NCBI GenBank assembly: GCA_051745285.1
Contig: JBNJDX010000001.1
Span: 3,150-67,149 of the forward strand
Source: Spirochaetota bacterium
GTDB taxonomy: Bacteria > Spirochaetota > Spirochaetia > CAKZLE01
DNA length: 64,000 bases
Direction: 5' to 3'
Shown one piece after another: positions 62,943-64,000 of the stretch. Under the pieces are notes generated by a model. It was not told the DNA's origin, did not search any database, and saw only the letters and a program-made list of their open reading frames with translations. Numbering within the stretch: position 1 is the stretch's first letter; the number at the start of each line of letters is the position of its first letter. A program made the translations under genes and the position numbers.

Positions 62943-63845
62943 ATGTTCTTAGAGATCTTACCGGTATTTATCATCATTGCTGTGGGCTTTCTGCTGAGCC
63001 TTACCAACATTGCCAATGACTCATGGGTTGCTGTTCTCAATCGATTTGGCCTCTATGTCGGCTTTCCGGCGCTCATCTTTGTGAACCTGACCGACCTTGA
63101 TCGAGGCATGCTCATCCAGCAGCTGCCCATTTTTTTCACCACAGTGCTGCTGCTCTCATCTGTCATGCTGGTAATGCTGTTTGCTGTCAAGAAACTCAGA
63201 ATACCCGCTGGAATCGGGATGGCTCTGCTGCTGACAGCCTACAACGGTAATGTGGGCTATCTCGGCTATCCACTGATCACCTCCCTTCTTCCGGAAGCAG
63301 GGGCAACGGTCGGTTTAATTATCAGTGCTTACAGCATCACAACCTTCTCCCTGGGGCTGTTCTTCCTCGAATATCTCTCAGGAACCGACCGCAGCCTACT
63401 GCAGATTCTCAAGGCAGTCCTTACTAGCCCCTTTGTCATTGCAGCTTTCGCCGGATTACTCGTGATCATCTTTGATATTCAGATTGCTGCTCCAATCCAG
63501 AAAACGCTGCACATGATAGAGGCCTCCGCCTCCCCGGTCGTCCTGACCGGACTAGGGATCTTTATCCAGCGAAAAATTAACATTCAGGCAGTCTGGAAAC
63601 CAGTGTCTGTCATTTTTGTGCTGAAAATGGTCATGCTTCCCGTACTGTTCTTCGCTGTGCAGAGAGCCTTCAGCCTCGGAAGCTTTTTTGATATCGCCAT
63701 TCTGGAATCAATGATGCCCGTTGCTCTCACCAATTTTGCCCTGTGTGAACGGTATCCAATCGACAAAGAGGTTACCGTCTCCTCTATCATCGTCACCACC
63801 GCTGCTACACCGCTGTTGTTTCCACTGCTTGCCGGCCTCTTGTGA
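62943..63845 (+). CDS. AEC-family (auxin efflux carrier / malate permease-like) transporter
   Basis: 300 aa, about 10 TM segments. N-terminus MFLEILPVFIIIAVGF is typical of the AEC family. GAGGAGG SD. Confidence 0.8.
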   Translation: MFLEILPVFIIIAVGFLLSLTNIANDSWVAVLNRFGLYVGFPALIFVNLTDLDRGMLIQQLPIFFTTVLLLSSVMLVMLFAVKKLRIPAGIGMALLLTAYNGNVGYLGYPLITSLLPEAGATVGLIISAYSITTFSLGLFFLEYLSGTDRSLLQILKAVLTSPFVIAAFAGLLVIIFDIQIAAPIQKTLHMIEASASPVVLTGLGIFIQRKINIQAVWKPVSVIFVLKMVMLPVLFFAVQRAFSLGSFFDIAILESMMPVALTNFALCERYPIDKEVTVSSIIVTTAATPLLFPLLAGLL

Positions 63846-63853
63846 TCGATTTT

Positions 63854-64000
63854 TTACCTGTAAGAGGCGAGATAATCGGTTAAAAACCGCCGGACTGAAT
63901 CCAGTCCCACCGAAGCTACATCCAGCTCTTTCTTTGCGATGAGAACCGGCTTACCCTCTTCAGGATCATTAGCCTGTAACTCGTCCCAGTTATCAGCCTG
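63854..64000 (-). CDS. 3' end of an unidentified CDS truncated by the window edge
   Basis: Open minus-strand frame from the window edge, ...QADNWDELQANDPEEGKPVLIAKKELDVASVGLDSVRRFLTDYLASYR, ending at TAA (63854-63856). No motif recognised. Confidence 0.3.
   Translation of the reverse strand, partial: QADNWDELQANDPEEGKPVLIAKKELDVASVGLDSVRRFLTDYLASYR

Noticed and set aside
1-64000. Scan for CRISPR arrays, tRNA/rRNA genes, IS elements, integrases, and toxin-antitoxin or defence islands
   Set aside because: No regularly spaced direct repeats were found. No tRNA-like T-arm or acceptor sequences appear in the intergenic gaps I read. No transposase or integrase-like ORFs are in the track. By eye, the window is ordinary chromosomal backbone apart from the 46.6-62.9 kb accessory stretch.

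Overview
This 64-kb window is densely coding chromosomal DNA with about 58 supported protein genes. I found no rRNA, tRNA, CRISPR array, transposase, integrase or phage genes. Gene content suggests a free-living spirochaete-like anaerobe, but this is inference only. The supporting markers are an archaeal-type two-subunit PheRS, a class II PurE without PurK, ThyX, a stand-alone EF-G paralogue and an lptCAB-rpoN-hpf-hprK-ptsH cluster.

Blocks, left to right:
- peroxiredoxin and pyrG
- lptC/lptA/lptB-rpoN-hpf-hprK-ptsH
- lexA-holA, convergent uvrC, and a divergent spore-photoproduct-lyase-like radical SAM gene
- an E2-like acyltransferase, thyX and a PspB-like peptide
- znuABC, rsmE, lplA, an Opp-type binding protein and malQ
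- carD-ispD-ispF, an orphan KaiC/RecA-like ATPase, fusA, a HIT protein and a GH13 enzyme
- pheST, and an alkyltransferase-like (ATL) protein
- a nine-gene purine operon: purL-purM-purQ(S)-purC-purE-purF-purD-purN-purH
- an accessory stretch from 46.6 to 62.9 kb

The accessory stretch holds a 749-aa KamA-family radical SAM protein coupled to a methyltransferase. It also holds a ~1440-aa double-activase fusion protein, a MobB-like P-loop protein and a LacI/PfkB/GH4 sugar operon.

The best candidate for something undescribed is a tight minus-strand operon at 58254-62850. Its order is MarR, an ArsM-like methyltransferase, an unlisted 31-codon Cys-containing ORF with a strong Shine-Dalgarno (SD) site (61583-61678), a radical SAM/SPASM enzyme, a thioredoxin-TrxR fusion and a DUF1847-like protein.

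All functional calls rest on motifs I can read in the translations plus remembered family knowledge. No database searches were run.
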